Shown: positions 1-12,300 of the stretch, in pieces
How the letters are laid out: every line of letters begins with the position of its first letter
Numbering within the stretch: position 1 is the stretch's first letter
Source: a virus
Taxonomy: Duplodnaviria > Caudoviricetes
Length of the DNA stretch: 64,000 bases
Direction: 5' to 3' (one strand)
Virus record (IMG/VR): IMGVR_UViG_3300031519_000018
Location: 7,511 to 71,510 of that record
Notes under the pieces: model-generated
Database searches by the model: none
The model's input: the letters and a program-made list of their open reading frames with translations, nothing else
What the model was told of the DNA's origin: nothing
Translations under genes and position numbers: made by a program

Positions 1-1
1 G

Positions 2-340
2 ATCTTGGCTGACGGTGGCTCTGTCCAAGACATTGATCAGCTTAATGATGTTACTGTGGGCCACGACATCTCCGCAAAGGAGGTATTTAAAACTTTTAAG
101 GAAATTAATCAGCTAGAATTAGTTAATCAGGCTGGACTGAGACAGCAATATGTAGATCAGTCTGTTAGTTTGAACTTAGCTTTTCCTTCTGAGGCAACGC
201 CAAAGTGGATAAACAAAGTACATTTTAATGCATGGAAAAAAGGTGTTAAAACCTTATATTATACGAGGACAGAATCTGTCTTACGTGGAGATATTGCACA
301 GCAGGCAATGAATGAAGACTGCGCTGCGTGTGATGGTTAG
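2..340 (+). CDS. nrdA: Ribonucleotide reductase class Ia alpha subunit, C-terminal part (5' truncated by window)
   Basis: RQQYVDQSVSLNL, AWKKGVKTLYY and C-terminal CxxC (CAACDG) typical of NrdA; frame open from window start. Confidence 0.9.
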   Translation: MLADGGSVQDIDQLNDVTVGHDISAKEVFKTFKEINQLELVNQAGLRQQYVDQSVSLNLAFPSEATPKWINKVHFNAWKKGVKTLYYTRTESVLRGDIAQQAMNEDCAACDG

Positions 341-360
341 TTAGTTAGTTAGTTAGTTAA
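337..360. repeat. (TTAG)5+TTAA tandem repeat overlapping the nrdA stop
   Basis: ttagttagttagttagttagttaa read directly. Confidence 0.9.
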
Positions 361-364
361 AATT

Positions 365-392
365 GGGAGGTCTAGTTAACCTCCCTTTTTTT
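365..392. terminator. Intrinsic terminator between convergent operons
   Basis: GGGAGG-tctagttaa-CCTCCC hairpin then T7; A-tract upstream allows use on the minus strand. Confidence 0.8.
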
Positions 393-699
393 ATTTACCG
401 CTTGCTTTTTTAGTTATAGGTACACAGTTGTTTACCATTTTTATACTTCCTCCAGATGTTTTTTTACCTGATGGAGACTTTTTCTTTCCTTGGGCTTTAT
501 ACCCTTCCCAGCAAGAATCGCCTTGCTTACATGGTGATGCTTTTCTCATTTGTAATGGATTATTAGGATTATTTTGATCCTTAGAACCTTGAACTTTTTT
601 ATCTAGACCTGATCCTGCTTTAGATTTTTCTTGCATAGGGTCTTCTAGATTTACAAATCTTTTAGCAGAAGATCCTGCGCCTTGAATTAATTCATTCAT
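391..699 (-). CDS. Small basic protein (SPCKQ motif, CWEGYK...NCVP motif); paralogous N-terminus to 42435..42812
   Basis: ORF track; shared LIQGAG.S.KRFV..ED segment. Confidence 0.65.
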   Translation of the reverse strand: MNELIQGAGSSAKRFVNLEDPMQEKSKAGSGLDKKVQGSKDQNNPNNPLQMRKASPCKQGDSCWEGYKAQGKKKSPSGKKTSGGSIKMVNNCVPITKKASGK

Positions 700-1157
700 A
701 TTACTTTGTATTTTGTTTTACCGTTTGATTTATATGCTTCTAAGCATCTGTTTCTATTGTCTTCGTCGTTTACATAACTAACATGTAGCCAGTTTGGATT
801 TTTATCTGTTCCAAATTCCCATATTAATTGATCAAAATTTAAATTTTCTTTTATCCAATGATACATGTCTGCGTTAGACATATGACCAAAAGTGTCATCA
901 ATATCCATTGCTTGCCCACTCATATGCTGTGATCTTTTAGCGCCACCTATAGCTTTGTTAAGTTTAGGTCCACGATAGAATGAATTTATCTTAACAGGAG
1001 CTCCTACGTGCTCTCTAAGAGGTTCAAACAATTTTTCAGCAGTAACTTTCATTGTGGCTAAATGCTCTTCAGTAGGTGTATTATCTATACCACGTCTCTC
1101 CGCTGTCTTGCTATACACACCTTCCTTGTTGCTTACGTGTTTGCTTATTTTTTCCAT
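696..1157 (-). CDS. Endolysin, peptidase M15A-type Zn peptidase
   Basis: INSFYR...NKAIGGA..SQH..GQAMDID and WLHVSY metal-binding motifs. Confidence 0.85.
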   Translation of the reverse strand: MEKISKHVSNKEGVYSKTAERRGIDNTPTEEHLATMKVTAEKLFEPLREHVGAPVKINSFYRGPKLNKAIGGAKRSQHMSGQAMDIDDTFGHMSNADMYHWIKENLNFDQLIWEFGTDKNPNWLHVSYVNDEDNRNRCLEAYKSNGKTKYKVI

Positions 1158-1387
1158 TAATCTTTTTTTCTACCTTTTCTTGCTTTACCTTTTATAGCGT
1201 TATCAATATCACCTAGTTGATTGCCAACTTCTTTTATAGCTTTAGCAACATCTGCCAACTCTTGAGCTGTAAGTTTATATCTTTTCTTAATCTCTTTTAC
1301 TGTAGCGATAGCTTTTTCATCTACACTAGTTTTACTCCATAGTAAAACCCATACGTCTTTCCAATACTCTTTTGTTAATTTCCACAT
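1157..1387 (-). CDS. Hypothetical protein in lysis region (Trp-rich N-terminus, coiled coil)
   Basis: ORF coupled to neighbours by overlapping stop/start. Confidence 0.6.
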   Translation of the reverse strand: MWKLTKEYWKDVWVLLWSKTSVDEKAIATVKEIKKRYKLTAQELADVAKAIKEVGNQLGDIDNAIKGKARKGRKKD

Positions 1388-1391
1388 AATT

Positions 1392-1799
1392 TTAAAATTT
1401 ATTTGCTTTGTTAATCTCGTTTATAGTTTCTTGTACTTCTTTTAAATCTGTTGGCAGAAGAAGGTCTAGGCCAGCTTTAAACACGGCTTGTTTTTCTCCG
1501 TTTTTAAATAATATAAGAGTAGGTGCCATACGTACTCTGTATTGTTTCTTAGCCTTTGGCGAATCAGCTATGTTTACCCTGTAATAAGTAGCGTTTTCAA
1601 TCTTGTTCCAATCAGCAAAACAATTCTCAGCGTTAAACTCAGCCCAAAATTCTACTAATATAGTTTCACTTTCGCTGTCGTCAAAAGCAGAACCAATAAC
1701 TGTGTCTTCAAAGCTTTTGTCATTTAACCAGTATTCCGAAGGAACATCTGATTGACTAAAGCAAACTGTAGTAAATAAAATTAAAATAAAGTTTTTCAT
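1392..1799 (-). CDS. Secreted thioredoxin-fold protein without CXXC
   Basis: Hydrophobic signal peptide; LVEFWAEFN in place of WCxxC; YRVRMAPTLILFKNGE cis-Pro loop. Confidence 0.7.
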   Translation of the reverse strand: MKNFILILFTTVCFSQSDVPSEYWLNDKSFEDTVIGSAFDDSESETILVEFWAEFNAENCFADWNKIENATYYRVNIADSPKAKKQYRVRMAPTLILFKNGEKQAVFKAGLDLLLPTDLKEVQETINEINKANKF

Positions 1800-2086
1800 T
1801 ATTGTGTTTTTTTAATTTCGTAAATTCTTTCTTCTAGCTTATCTAACTTGTCTAGTATAGATTCTACATCTTCTTGTGTATCCATTATTGTTTGTCGAAT
1901 TAATTCATCTTTTAAATCATATTCAATTCTCTCAATTGCTGGTTTTGGCATTTCCATAGCTAAAGCTATATCAGATTGTAAAACAAAGTACATACTTGAC
2001 AGCGATATTACGCCTCCAATTATGATTCCTAAAGTTTTTAAGTCTAATGTAACTTTTGTTCCCTCTCCTATTTGTGGTGCACTCAT
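1799..2086 (-). CDS. Single-TM coiled-coil membrane protein
   Basis: TLGIIIGGVISLSSMYFVL TM segment then heptad repeats. Confidence 0.6.
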   Translation of the reverse strand: MSAPQIGEGTKVTLDLKTLGIIIGGVISLSSMYFVLQSDIALAMEMPKPAIERIEYDLKDELIRQTIMDTQEDVESILDKLDKLEERIYEIKKTQ

Positions 2087-2089
2087 ATC

Positions 2090-3319
2090 TTATTTAAATG
2101 TAAAGTTTACGCCAAATGTAGTTTGAAATAATTCACTATCCCACATTTTACTATATTCTCCCTCAGCGAATATGCCTAGGTTTTTGTTTAGTTTCCAACC
2201 GATGCTTAAACCAGCAGAATAGTCTTCCCATTGTTCTGGCTCTGCATCTTGCCTTAAACCACCAAGGCCCCAATTATTTCTATTTAAATAAGAAACTTCA
2301 GTGTCACCCTGTATGTATTTGTGATTAGGTAATATATAATTAGCATAAGCATGAAGCCAAAACTTACCTTTGTTGTGATAGTAGTCAGCTCCAACAATAG
2401 GTGCTATTTCTCCAAAAGCATCTAATAAATCCCATTGCTCTCCATTGTATCTATTCATTAACTGTGTAAAAACATTTTCTCTAAACTCAAGATCTGTATA
2501 AGCTACTATCTCTCCGTTTTCATTTTTCCATATCCAATCAGTAGTTTGCTCTCCAGTATTAGCGTCTGTGTATGTTGTGTAGTGATCTGTGTAACCATAT
2601 TCAAAACCTAAGGTATACCAAGTGTTTAAAGGAAAATCAAAAGTATTACCATTACCATCATCAAAAGTTTGCGTTTCATTTAACCATATCTCTATTGGGT
2701 TATACCCATAAGGTCTATCATGTGTTCTATATATAGCTCCAGCTGATATACTAAACTTATCACCTATAGGTAATCTAGCTCTTAATTCTGCTGATTGATA
2801 TTTTAAATTTATTTTAGCAACTTCCCTTGATTCAATTTTAGCTATATGGTATTTGCCTGTGTGTTTAAAAAATATGTTATGGTTTTGAAATAATTCTCCT
2901 CTCCATCTTTCTTTCTCAAAATGAACTTGATATTCTAAACCTGTCAAAGCAGATGTAGGTGCTCTAAATGCTAATTGTTCTTCTGTGCCATCATAAAAGT
3001 TTTTAGGTTTTCTTTCATAACTAAACCTAGCTAGTTTTCTAATACCAAAACCAAGCCTATAATCAAAAGCATAATCCGGAGTATTATCTACTACAATAGG
3101 TACATCGTATAAACTACCACCTTCTCCTGTTCTAACAAAAAACGTTTGCTCTCTTGCTTCAATAGAATTATTAACATCTCCAGCCCAATATACAGTTCCG
3201 TATTTTACAAAGTCTTCATAAAGATCTTTGAAAAAACTAGTCTTACCTAAAGCTTCTGGAGTTTGAGAGTTAACAACCACTGTTAACAAAGTGAATAAAG
3301 TAATTAAAAGGTTTTTCAT
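2090..3319 (-). CDS. Predicted outer-membrane beta-barrel protein
   Basis: Sec signal peptide (MKNLLITLFTLLTVVVNS-Q), aromatic alternating beta strands, C-terminal FQTTFGVNFTFK beta-signal. Confidence 0.65.
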   Translation of the reverse strand: MKNLLITLFTLLTVVVNSQTPEALGKTSFFKDLYEDFVKYGTVYWAGDVNNSIEAREQTFFVRTGEGGSLYDVPIVVDNTPDYAFDYRLGFGIRKLARFSYERKPKNFYDGTEEQLAFRAPTSALTGLEYQVHFEKERWRGELFQNHNIFFKHTGKYHIAKIESREVAKINLKYQSAELRARLPIGDKFSISAGAIYRTHDRPYGYNPIEIWLNETQTFDDGNGNTFDFPLNTWYTLGFEYGYTDHYTTYTDANTGEQTTDWIWKNENGEIVAYTDLEFRENVFTQLMNRYNGEQWDLLDAFGEIAPIVGADYYHNKGKFWLHAYANYILPNHKYIQGDTEVSYLNRNNWGLGGLRQDAEPEQWEDYSAGLSIGWKLNKNLGIFAEGEYSKMWDSELFQTTFGVNFTFK

Positions 3320-6300
3320 TGTTTTTTCTTTTTGTTATATTCTTCTATTAATTTTCTATTTCTTTGTAAAATTGTAGACCTAGTTATAGAGTCTTTTATT
3401 CTCTTGTTTTCTTTTCTAGTTGCAGCACCTTTTTTAGCAGCGTCAGATCTTTTCTTTTTTTCTTCAGCTTCTAACTTAGCTCTTTCCAAAGGATCCATCT
3501 CAGCTAGTACTCTAGCTTTTTCTATTTTTTTAAGATCTCTAGTTTCTTTTGCTTTTATTTTACCTTGCTCTTTTCTTTTAGCTTTAGCATCTGTTTTGAT
3601 CTGCTCATGTGTTTCGTTTGGTTCTGCACCTAAGTCCCAAGTGTTCCAACCAAAAGCAAAGAAAGCTCTTTTCCATATAGCGTTTCTTTCATCAAGAGCT
3701 GCTTTTATGTTGTTAAATTTTTTAACTAGTCTATCTAAAGGCACGTTTGTACCACCACTCACTAGATTACCTATTACGGACCAAGATGGGCTATCTAACG
3801 CTAAACCTCTTTCTTTTATAACATCTTTTTCAAACCTGTAGGTTTGTATTGCGTTATATACTTTTCTAAGCTTAGAACCTAACGGTGGTGATAAGTTAAC
3901 TAATTCTAGTATAGTGTAAGTGTGATCAGCTGTAAATCCTTTCTTTTCTTGTTTTCTAAATTGTCTTATAGCATTTTTAAGCGTTGCTCCTACAGCACCA
4001 TAAAGTCCACTACCTCTAAGAATACTGTCTGCCATACTATTACCAATATCTACTTTCCACTCTTTATTTTGACACGCCTCAAGTTTCTTACCTTCTAAAC
4101 CTTCACATCGTTCTTCTTCATCTTCAAACAACATGCTAAATAAAGCTTTCTGCATAGCGGAGAATATAAAGTTTTGTATTGCTCCATAGTAAGCTATTTT
4201 AGAAACATTAGTTTTCCAGTCTCCTCTACCGTTTATTAAATCTCTAGCCGCCTTTTTTATAAGCCTATTGTACTGCATAGGTGTATTTTGGAAAGCCAAA
4301 ACAAATCTACCTAAAGGACCAGCTTGTTGTGCTGATATTAAAGAAGGATCAGATGACTGCTGTGTTTCTTCAGCTAACATAGAAAAATCTTCCCAAGCTT
4401 TGTCTTCAGCTTGTTTTTGATCCATGCCTTGTTTCATGTATGTTTTTATTCTGTTCCTGTACATTGTTGCACCACCAGAAGCAATTGCAAAACTATCTGC
4501 TATTTGAGTTGGAGTAAAACCTATTTTTAATAAGTACTGAAACGCAGCTTGTGCTTTGTTTTTACTACCAGCCATTGCGTTTGCCAGTTCAGCTTCGTTT
4601 ACATCTGTTTTTAATCCTTTACGTCTTTGTTTTAGTTTATCAGAATTAAATATAGTTGCAAAGTCTTTCCAGTATTGAGGTTGGTTTGCAAACGCTAACG
4701 CGGCTTTAGCAGGATTGTTGTCTGTCCAGTTTATAAAGTTTACAGTAGACAAAGTTTGTAGTAAAGCAGATCTCATGTTAAAAAACATTATAGCTCCTAC
4801 AGAATTGTTTAACCAATTACTCCACTTGTTTACTAATTTATTTTTACCAAATGTCCTGTTAGTACCGTTTTCCATTCTATAAAGTATGTCTTCTAAAGAC
4901 TCTCTAAAGTTTTTACCGTACGCTGCTTCTATTTTGTTTAAATTTTCTTCGCTAAATATTTCTTTTGAGTTTTCTATAAATTCTTTTATAAACTCTTTTC
5001 TACCTATTTTTTCAGTTATGTTGTTTAAGTCACTAGCAATACTACCTGTTAGCCAGTATTCACCGGGTGAAGTGTAACCTTGTTTTTGGTTTGATATTAA
5101 TCCAACACTGTCAGCAAACAACTTAAGTCTCTGATCTCCATTAACTATACTAAGCAGTTCGTTTAAATCTGTTTTAGATAGTCCAGGTATTTTATGACCA
5201 GCTTTAGTATACAAATAAGCCCTAACAGCTTGATCATAAGTGTAGCCTATGTTTGGTATTTGTTTTCCTAATTTCTTTTTAACATCTTTAAACTCTGACC
5301 TTAAAGCATTGTAAGACGTTTGAATAGCTTGTTTAGCTCTTTCAATGTTAGCAACACCTCTTGAATAAGGTTTCATTAAATTGTCTTCTATCCACTTTTT
5401 ATCCGCATCACCTTTTTTTCCTTTACCTAAAAAGTCATACATCATACCCATAAAATCTTCTGCTGATGGCGGTAAAAAATATCTAAATCTACCTTTGTTT
5501 CTACCTACCATTTCGCCTTTAGACTTAGAAAAAGTTTTAACAGCATTAATACCTGTCCTAGCTTCTAACATTTCGTTAAACTCTTGACTACGGCTTTTGT
5601 TTGATTTTACAATAGCAAGTTGAACATCTCCTTTTACGTCTAAAACGCTAAGAGCGTCTTTAACAGCTTTTACGTTTTTAATAGCATCATCAGCAAAATA
5701 GAAATCATTATAACCATCAGCTGCTTTACCTATTATCCAGTCAGCTTTTGCTTGAGCATTACCGTCAGCTAAACCTGTTATGTTTTCTATTTTAATATCT
5801 AAACCTATTTCTTTTAAAAACTTTTGAATAGCCACATCAGAAGCTTGAGGTCTAGCAGTTAGAACAAATATATCACCAGTCCCAAACTTGCCTTGACGCT
5901 TTAAAGCAAGATCAGCCAACGGTCCTTTTTTACCATCTATAACTTGACTAAATTCGCTAAAATCAAACTTAGCGCCTTTTGACTCTAAGTCAGTAGATTG
6001 AGCAGCGAACTGTGTAGCGTCTATTTTTCCAGTAGTGCCATCAAGCAGCGTGTATAGCACGTTAGACTTGGTCTGAGCCAAAGTATCATCAAAATCAAAA
6101 ACAGAAATACCCTTAGTGTCTTTGTTTGGATCAAGCGCAGCGTTTAAGGCATCAGCCCTATTTTGATTATTTATGTAATTTTCTACATTTGTCTTGCTTA
6201 TGATTTTATTTATAAAATCTATAGATAGGTTTTGCCTTTTTATATACTCTATAGCCTGTAGGCCTTCTGATGTCAAGAAAGTGTTATAAGAATCTGGATC

Positions 6301-9300
6301 AACCGTTAGACCTCTAAAGTCACCTAGTTTAGAAGTAGTACCTAATGCGTCATCTTGAATAGCTGAAAACAACTCTGCGCCAAGCGTTTGATTGTAGCTA
6401 GAGAGTATTTTATCCATTTCTAGCTCAGCAAAAGTATTTATAGCGTGTAGTTGTTTAGGTTTATTAGCTAAACCCATTCTGTGTATTGTAGCTGCTGTTT
6501 TTAAAGCTACTTTAGCTAAGTCCAACATAACGTTAGCAGCAGGGTCTACGTGCTCTCCTTTAAACTTTAAGTGTTTCTCTGGTGGGTGTTTTTCTAATCT
6601 TTGGTTTATAAACTCATCTAAAGTATTTTCTCTCTTAAACTTAGCTGTTTGCTTTTCATACATCTTAGTAGATCTATCTATAGCAAACTCTCTAGCTTGA
6701 GCGTAAAATATATGATTTTCATCAGCCTCCATAGAACCATCTACATATTGTATTAACGGTAATCTAGTTAAACCTCTTTGAGCTTTTACATTACTTGTTG
6801 ATGATTCTAACCATCTCATAAAACCAGGAGCTAATGAAGGGTTCTTGGCTATAAGCTCAGTAGCTTTGTTCATTATATATTTTAAAGCTTCTATGTTTGC
6901 TACTTCAGCTTTAGCTATAATGTCACCAAATTTATCTTCAATCTCAGCTTGTTTTTCTGCTGCTGTTTTATTTTTCTTTAATATAGTAGTTATCTGCTTC
7001 ATTACACCACTAGCAGAGTTGAATATTCTTATATCAGAAGGGTTAAAAGATAGTTGTGTATCAGAATCTTGATCTCCTTTTGCTTTTCTTTTTTTAGCTA
7101 GATCATAATACTTTCCTGGTTTTCCATCAGCCTTCTTCTTAGCGCCATCTAAATAACTATATGTTATACTAAACATGTCATCACCTACAGCGTCCACTAA
7201 CTCTGGAGGTAATATGTCTATTAAAGCACTTGAGAACTTAGCTAACTGCTCCATTGAAGCCTCTTGATTTTTGTTAGTTATAGATTTTTTATAAGTTTCA
7301 ACTGCAGGGCCAAATAACACAGGCATGTCTTTCCACTCTATCAAAGGTTTTTTAAATCCAGTTTTACCTTCATCAAAATAAGTACCTAAACCAATTTCAT
7401 CAGCATAAGCTTGTATGTCATTAGGTTGCTCTGACTTGTACATTAAATAAGCATCTGAACTACCACCATTTACTATAGCTTGATCCATCATGTTTAATAA
7501 AGCCTCTTGAACAACTGCTGCTGATTTGTTTGACTTAGAATTACCTCTTTCTATATCTCTACCTATATCTAATATATCTATAGATGCTGAGGCAACGTTT
7601 ACTATTTCTTGGTTTTTGTTTAACTCACTAAAAACCTCGTTGTCATTAGCTATCATTTCTAAACCAGTCTCTTCTGCCATAGCTTTAGCTAAAGATTCTT
7701 TTCTACCTCTTGTTAAAGATTTCAATGAAAGATTACCATCTGGACCAACAACCTCACCAAAGTAAGATAAAAACTGTTTGTCTGATATATTAATGTTTCT
7801 TTTAACCATCTCTAAACCAGATGTTCTACCTGTTTCAGCGCTAGACTCAAAATCAATCTTTCTACCTTGCCACTCAGTTGTCCACTTACCATCTACTTTC
7901 TTTTGAACAGCTATAGGTATTGCAGTGCCCAACCAAGTGGTAGTCATATTTTCTAATATAGTTTTTTTGTTCTTTAATAAGTAGTTAGAAAACTTGTTGT
8001 TTTTTAAACCACCCATTAACTCTTTAAATACTATATCATTTTGATTACCTATTTCTTTTTTAAACTCTCTAACCCAAGGCGCTATTGTAACGTTTTTAGA
8101 AGTTTGTTTAAATACAGAGGTTTTTAAAACTCTAACAACTTTTATTACAGTTTCTTTTAGTTTCTTTACAGCAAAACTAGGTACAGCGTTTGTTTTTATT
8201 ATGTTAGTATACTTACCTTTTTTAATAGTAGGTGATTTACCACTTTTTTCACTAAATCCATCAACTTCTTTACCTAAGTTATAGCTTTCAACTATACCTT
8301 GTATCTTATTATCTAGTTGACCATTTATCCACCTGTTAAGCTCTATAGATCCACTGTATCTTTCTACAATACCAACAATACCTTGAACTTTTACTTCTCT
8401 TCCGCTTTTACCCGTCTTAGTCGTTCCATATGTTATGTCAGCCAATATACTTTCCTCAACAGCTTTAAAGCCAGGTATTTTACTAAACTTTCTTAGTCTT
8501 CTTTTTACTTCATTAGTGTACTCGTAACCCACGAGTTGACCTAGTCTAGTTTTTTGAGATTCAGACATATCACTCATGTGATCAATTCTTTGATCTTCAC
8601 TCATAGATTCATCTAGACCCATTATCATTTCAGTAGTGCTATATAAATCTTTAGAACTCTTAGTGTTTTCACTAGTTCCAGTTGGCCCAAACAATCTACC
8701 TATTTTATCTGTAAGAGATATAGGATCATATTTGTTATGGTTTTTTACTATGTCAAGTATTTTAGCTTGAAAACCTCTAACTTCACCAACTAACGCTTTG
8801 TTACCATAAAGACTTTTATTGCTTCCAAATATTGCTTGTTTAATGTAAGGCGTGTAAAAGTTTACAATAGCGCTACCATAGCCTTTAGCTTTTGTATTAA
8901 AAGTTTGGTTAACGTTTCTTTCCAAAGCTGTTTGAGCGCCTAGACCATTAACTAAACTACCTTTAGCACCTTTTTTAGCTACGTTTAATATAGACCCTCT
9001 AATGCCTTTGCCACTAGCCATAGATTTATTATAATCTTTTAAGAAATTATAAACATCTTGACCGGTGTTAAACTCTATGCCTTTTATACCTAAGTTTTGA
9101 AAGGTTTGTCTTAACGTGTCTTTTAGTTTAGTAAATAAGTTTTCTTCAAAACCTATAAAACCTTGAGCCATACCGTCTGAAAAGAAAGTAAGTAATTCCT
9201 CTGCTTGAACATCTGCTGAGTTGTTCTTGTAAGCTTGTAGCTTTGCAGATAAGTAGGAACTAGGGTCGTAACCTCTAGCTATCATGTTATCAACTTGATC

Positions 9301-12300
9301 CTTTAGAACTCCAGCCATAGCTTGAGCTGCTTTAGGATTTTTCATTAAAGTCTCGTTTAAAACAGCATGTAGTATCTCGTGTTGAGCAACTGTAGTTTCG
9401 CTGTTTTTTTCTGATTTTGTTTTGTTTATTATTATCTCTTGCGTACCATCTTTGTATTGAACTACAAAACCATTGTCACCTACTCTTTTTACGCTAACTT
9501 CTTTATCTTGTTCATCTTCTTTTTTACCTTTATTTCTAGTAGGCAAGGCAGCGTTTATTTCAGCTATTCTATCTTTAACTTTTTGATCAGCTGTTTTAGC
9601 GTTTTCTACAGTTAAGTCTTCATCGTCTTCATAAGTATTCGTGTCAATACCTAGCTTTTTAGCTGTTTTCTCAGATGCTTCAGTTGTTTTTCTTGATATC
9701 TCATCTTTGTTTTGAGCCACTTGACCTGAGGTAATCTCACCGTCAATTTGAGAGATTCTTTCGTTAATACCCTGTAAGTCCCCAGTAAATGTATACTCAG
9801 CACCGTCTGCCCCTGTCATCTCTATTGTAGCAGTAGAACTATCACCCATGCCTTTCTTAGCATCAAGTAATTTTTGTTTTTCTATGTATAAGTTTATTTC
9901 AGCGTCGGTAACAAACTCACCGCCTAAAGTTATAGCATTTTTTATATCATTACCATGTTGAAGCGCTTTATCCGCAGCATCCATATCTTGCTTAGCTCTA
10001 TTCATAAGCTCTGTTTTACCAGCAGCTTTAGCTCTATTGTATATGTTTTCTGAATATTCTTTATTTGCTTTTAAGCTCTCCATAACGCCATTGACGTTGG
10101 CTCTCATTTCCGTGTATACTTGTTTTTGTATATTAGCATAACCGCCACCTACAGTAGAAGTAGCAACAGAGGTTGATCCAGATAATATAATAGTACCCAT
10201 TACTGTTTCAAACTGAGTTTGAAGATCTAAAAAACCAGTTTCATTTGATAAGCCTACAGTAAGCTTAGCCATGTCTGTAAGAAGTAGTTCCATTTCTTCT
10301 TCACCAATTTCTCCAATAAGATTGTTAGCAAATTGTTTACTTACTTCTTTTATAGCTTTTGCGTTAGCTGCTTTAGATAAATTACCTTTAAACGCTTCTA
10401 ATAAGCCTTTACCAGCTTTAGTGTTAAAGAAGTTAGCGTCGGGCATTATACCTTGAACTACAGATGTAGCGAAAGAAGCCATATTACTATATGCTAAAGC
10501 CTGACCTTCGGTAAGACCCATGTCTATAGCTTCGTTATAGTTGTCTCTTATAGTTCCCATGTAAGCGACTTGACCCATTCTAAGAGTGTTCATGCCTATG
10601 CCACCTAAGTTTTTCTTGCCACCTTCTAAAAGCACTTTTCCACCAACCTTTAGCTTTGGCACTGTAACACCAATGTTACCCCACTGAAGTCCATCTTTTT
10701 TTTTGCCAAACATTTTGTAAACATCTTTAAGTTTACGAACATCCCCTTTTTTAACAGACGCAGCTAAAGCCAACGTGAACGGTAACATGTTACCTAATGT
10801 TTTAAAAGAAGACCTAACGTTTACACCATCTTCCCATAAAGAACCTCCAATATCAGAAGTTCCAAAAGCGTTATTTTTTAAGAAGCTACTGTCGACCAAG
10901 TCGTCTACGTAGTTTAATCTATCGTAAGAAGCTTGTGTATCTACTCCAAGCTTTGTTACGCCGTAAAGTATAAGCCTGTTAGCCATTGAAGCAGTACCAT
11001 AAAGATATTCAGTACCAAAATCTCTTAATCCTTGGCCTATTGTTGCTACAAAATCTCCTGAGCTAGCTAAAAACTCTCCGTCTTGTATTTTTTTATCTCT
11101 CCACTCTTTGAACTCAGTAGTCATTTCAAAGTTATCGCTCATGAAAGCTTTTTTAGATAAATCAAAATCATATTGAGCAGCTAAATTATAATACTTATTC
11201 TGTATAGCTTCTGCTTCTATGTTGTATTCGTCAATTTGAGCTTGTGTCACCTCTTCTACAGAATCAACCGACGCGAATAAATTGTTTTGCAATAGCTCCA
11301 TATCAAAAGAAGCTCTTTTACCTGCTTCAGATAAAACAGACATTTTAGCATTGTTAATAAGCATCTCTTTTTGCTCAACACCCATAGTCTCGCTAACAGC
11401 TTCGTCTGTGACAGATCCTATTAGTCGTAGCTTTGTTCTTCTATTTTCTTCACCATGAACTTGATTTAGAATTTCGTTTTTTACTTCTTTTGTAAGCTCT
11501 ATATCTTCTTTACCGTCTAACTCAGAAGTAATTGAAAAACCAGCGCTATTAGCTTCGCCAGTATTTGTTGTTGAAATCTTTTGTAGTATCAAGTTAGACT
11601 CTTCGTATGCTTTTCTAGCGTACAGCGGTAGTAGTTCTACAATATCTGCTTTCTCATCGTCGTAACCTTGCTTACGCAAGTTATAAAATTCTTCGTCAAT
11701 AGGGTTTTCACTATTAGGATCATAATAACGCTTGTCTAATTCGTTTATTTTATCGTCAACTTCTTTAATCCTTGCTGTTACATCATTATAAGAATTAGTC
11801 TCGTATTTATCGTCATTCTCTATAAGGTCTTCGTTTTGCTGAACTGCGTACTCATGTCCAATACGTTTTATTTCATTTTCTAAATAGCTTTTTTTTGTAA
11901 CCATAAATACTCCAGATGATCCATTTGGGTCTTCTAAGTTTTCTAGTTTGTTCTTTAAAAAAGCTACGTAAGGATCTCCAAAAAAAACAGGATCACCTGG
12001 GTTGTTTTTGAATTCGTCTTCAAGTTCAAGTTGGTAAGCAGGTGGATCAATAGCATCCGTTCTACTTCCTGGAAAGCTATCCGTGAAGTTATCACCATTT
12101 TGGTTTTTATTGTAAACTTCGAAGTCTTTACCTTCTATCAATAACAAGTCCGAAGAAGAAGGATTTCCAAATCCACCCGATTCTTCTTGGTTCTCTGAGG
12201 CTTGATTGTTTTCCGACCCCGCATTCGCCTCCGCATTTGCAGGATCTGATTGGTTTCCCGCTACTACTCTAGCTCCGAAACTTTTTTCCCATGAACTAAG

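Noticed and set aside
6070-6110. DFDDT in the giant protein as a virion RNA polymerase DxDxD motif (crAss-like vRNAP)
   Set aside because: Pattern is DxDxT followed by TAR and DD motifs, i.e. HAD; no DFDxD catalytic motif found.
3332-10456. Antisense ORFs within the giant gene, and similar ones over MCP, terL, groEL and fibres
   Set aside because: Opposite to the operon direction, no A-rich leaders, hydrophobic nonsense composition.
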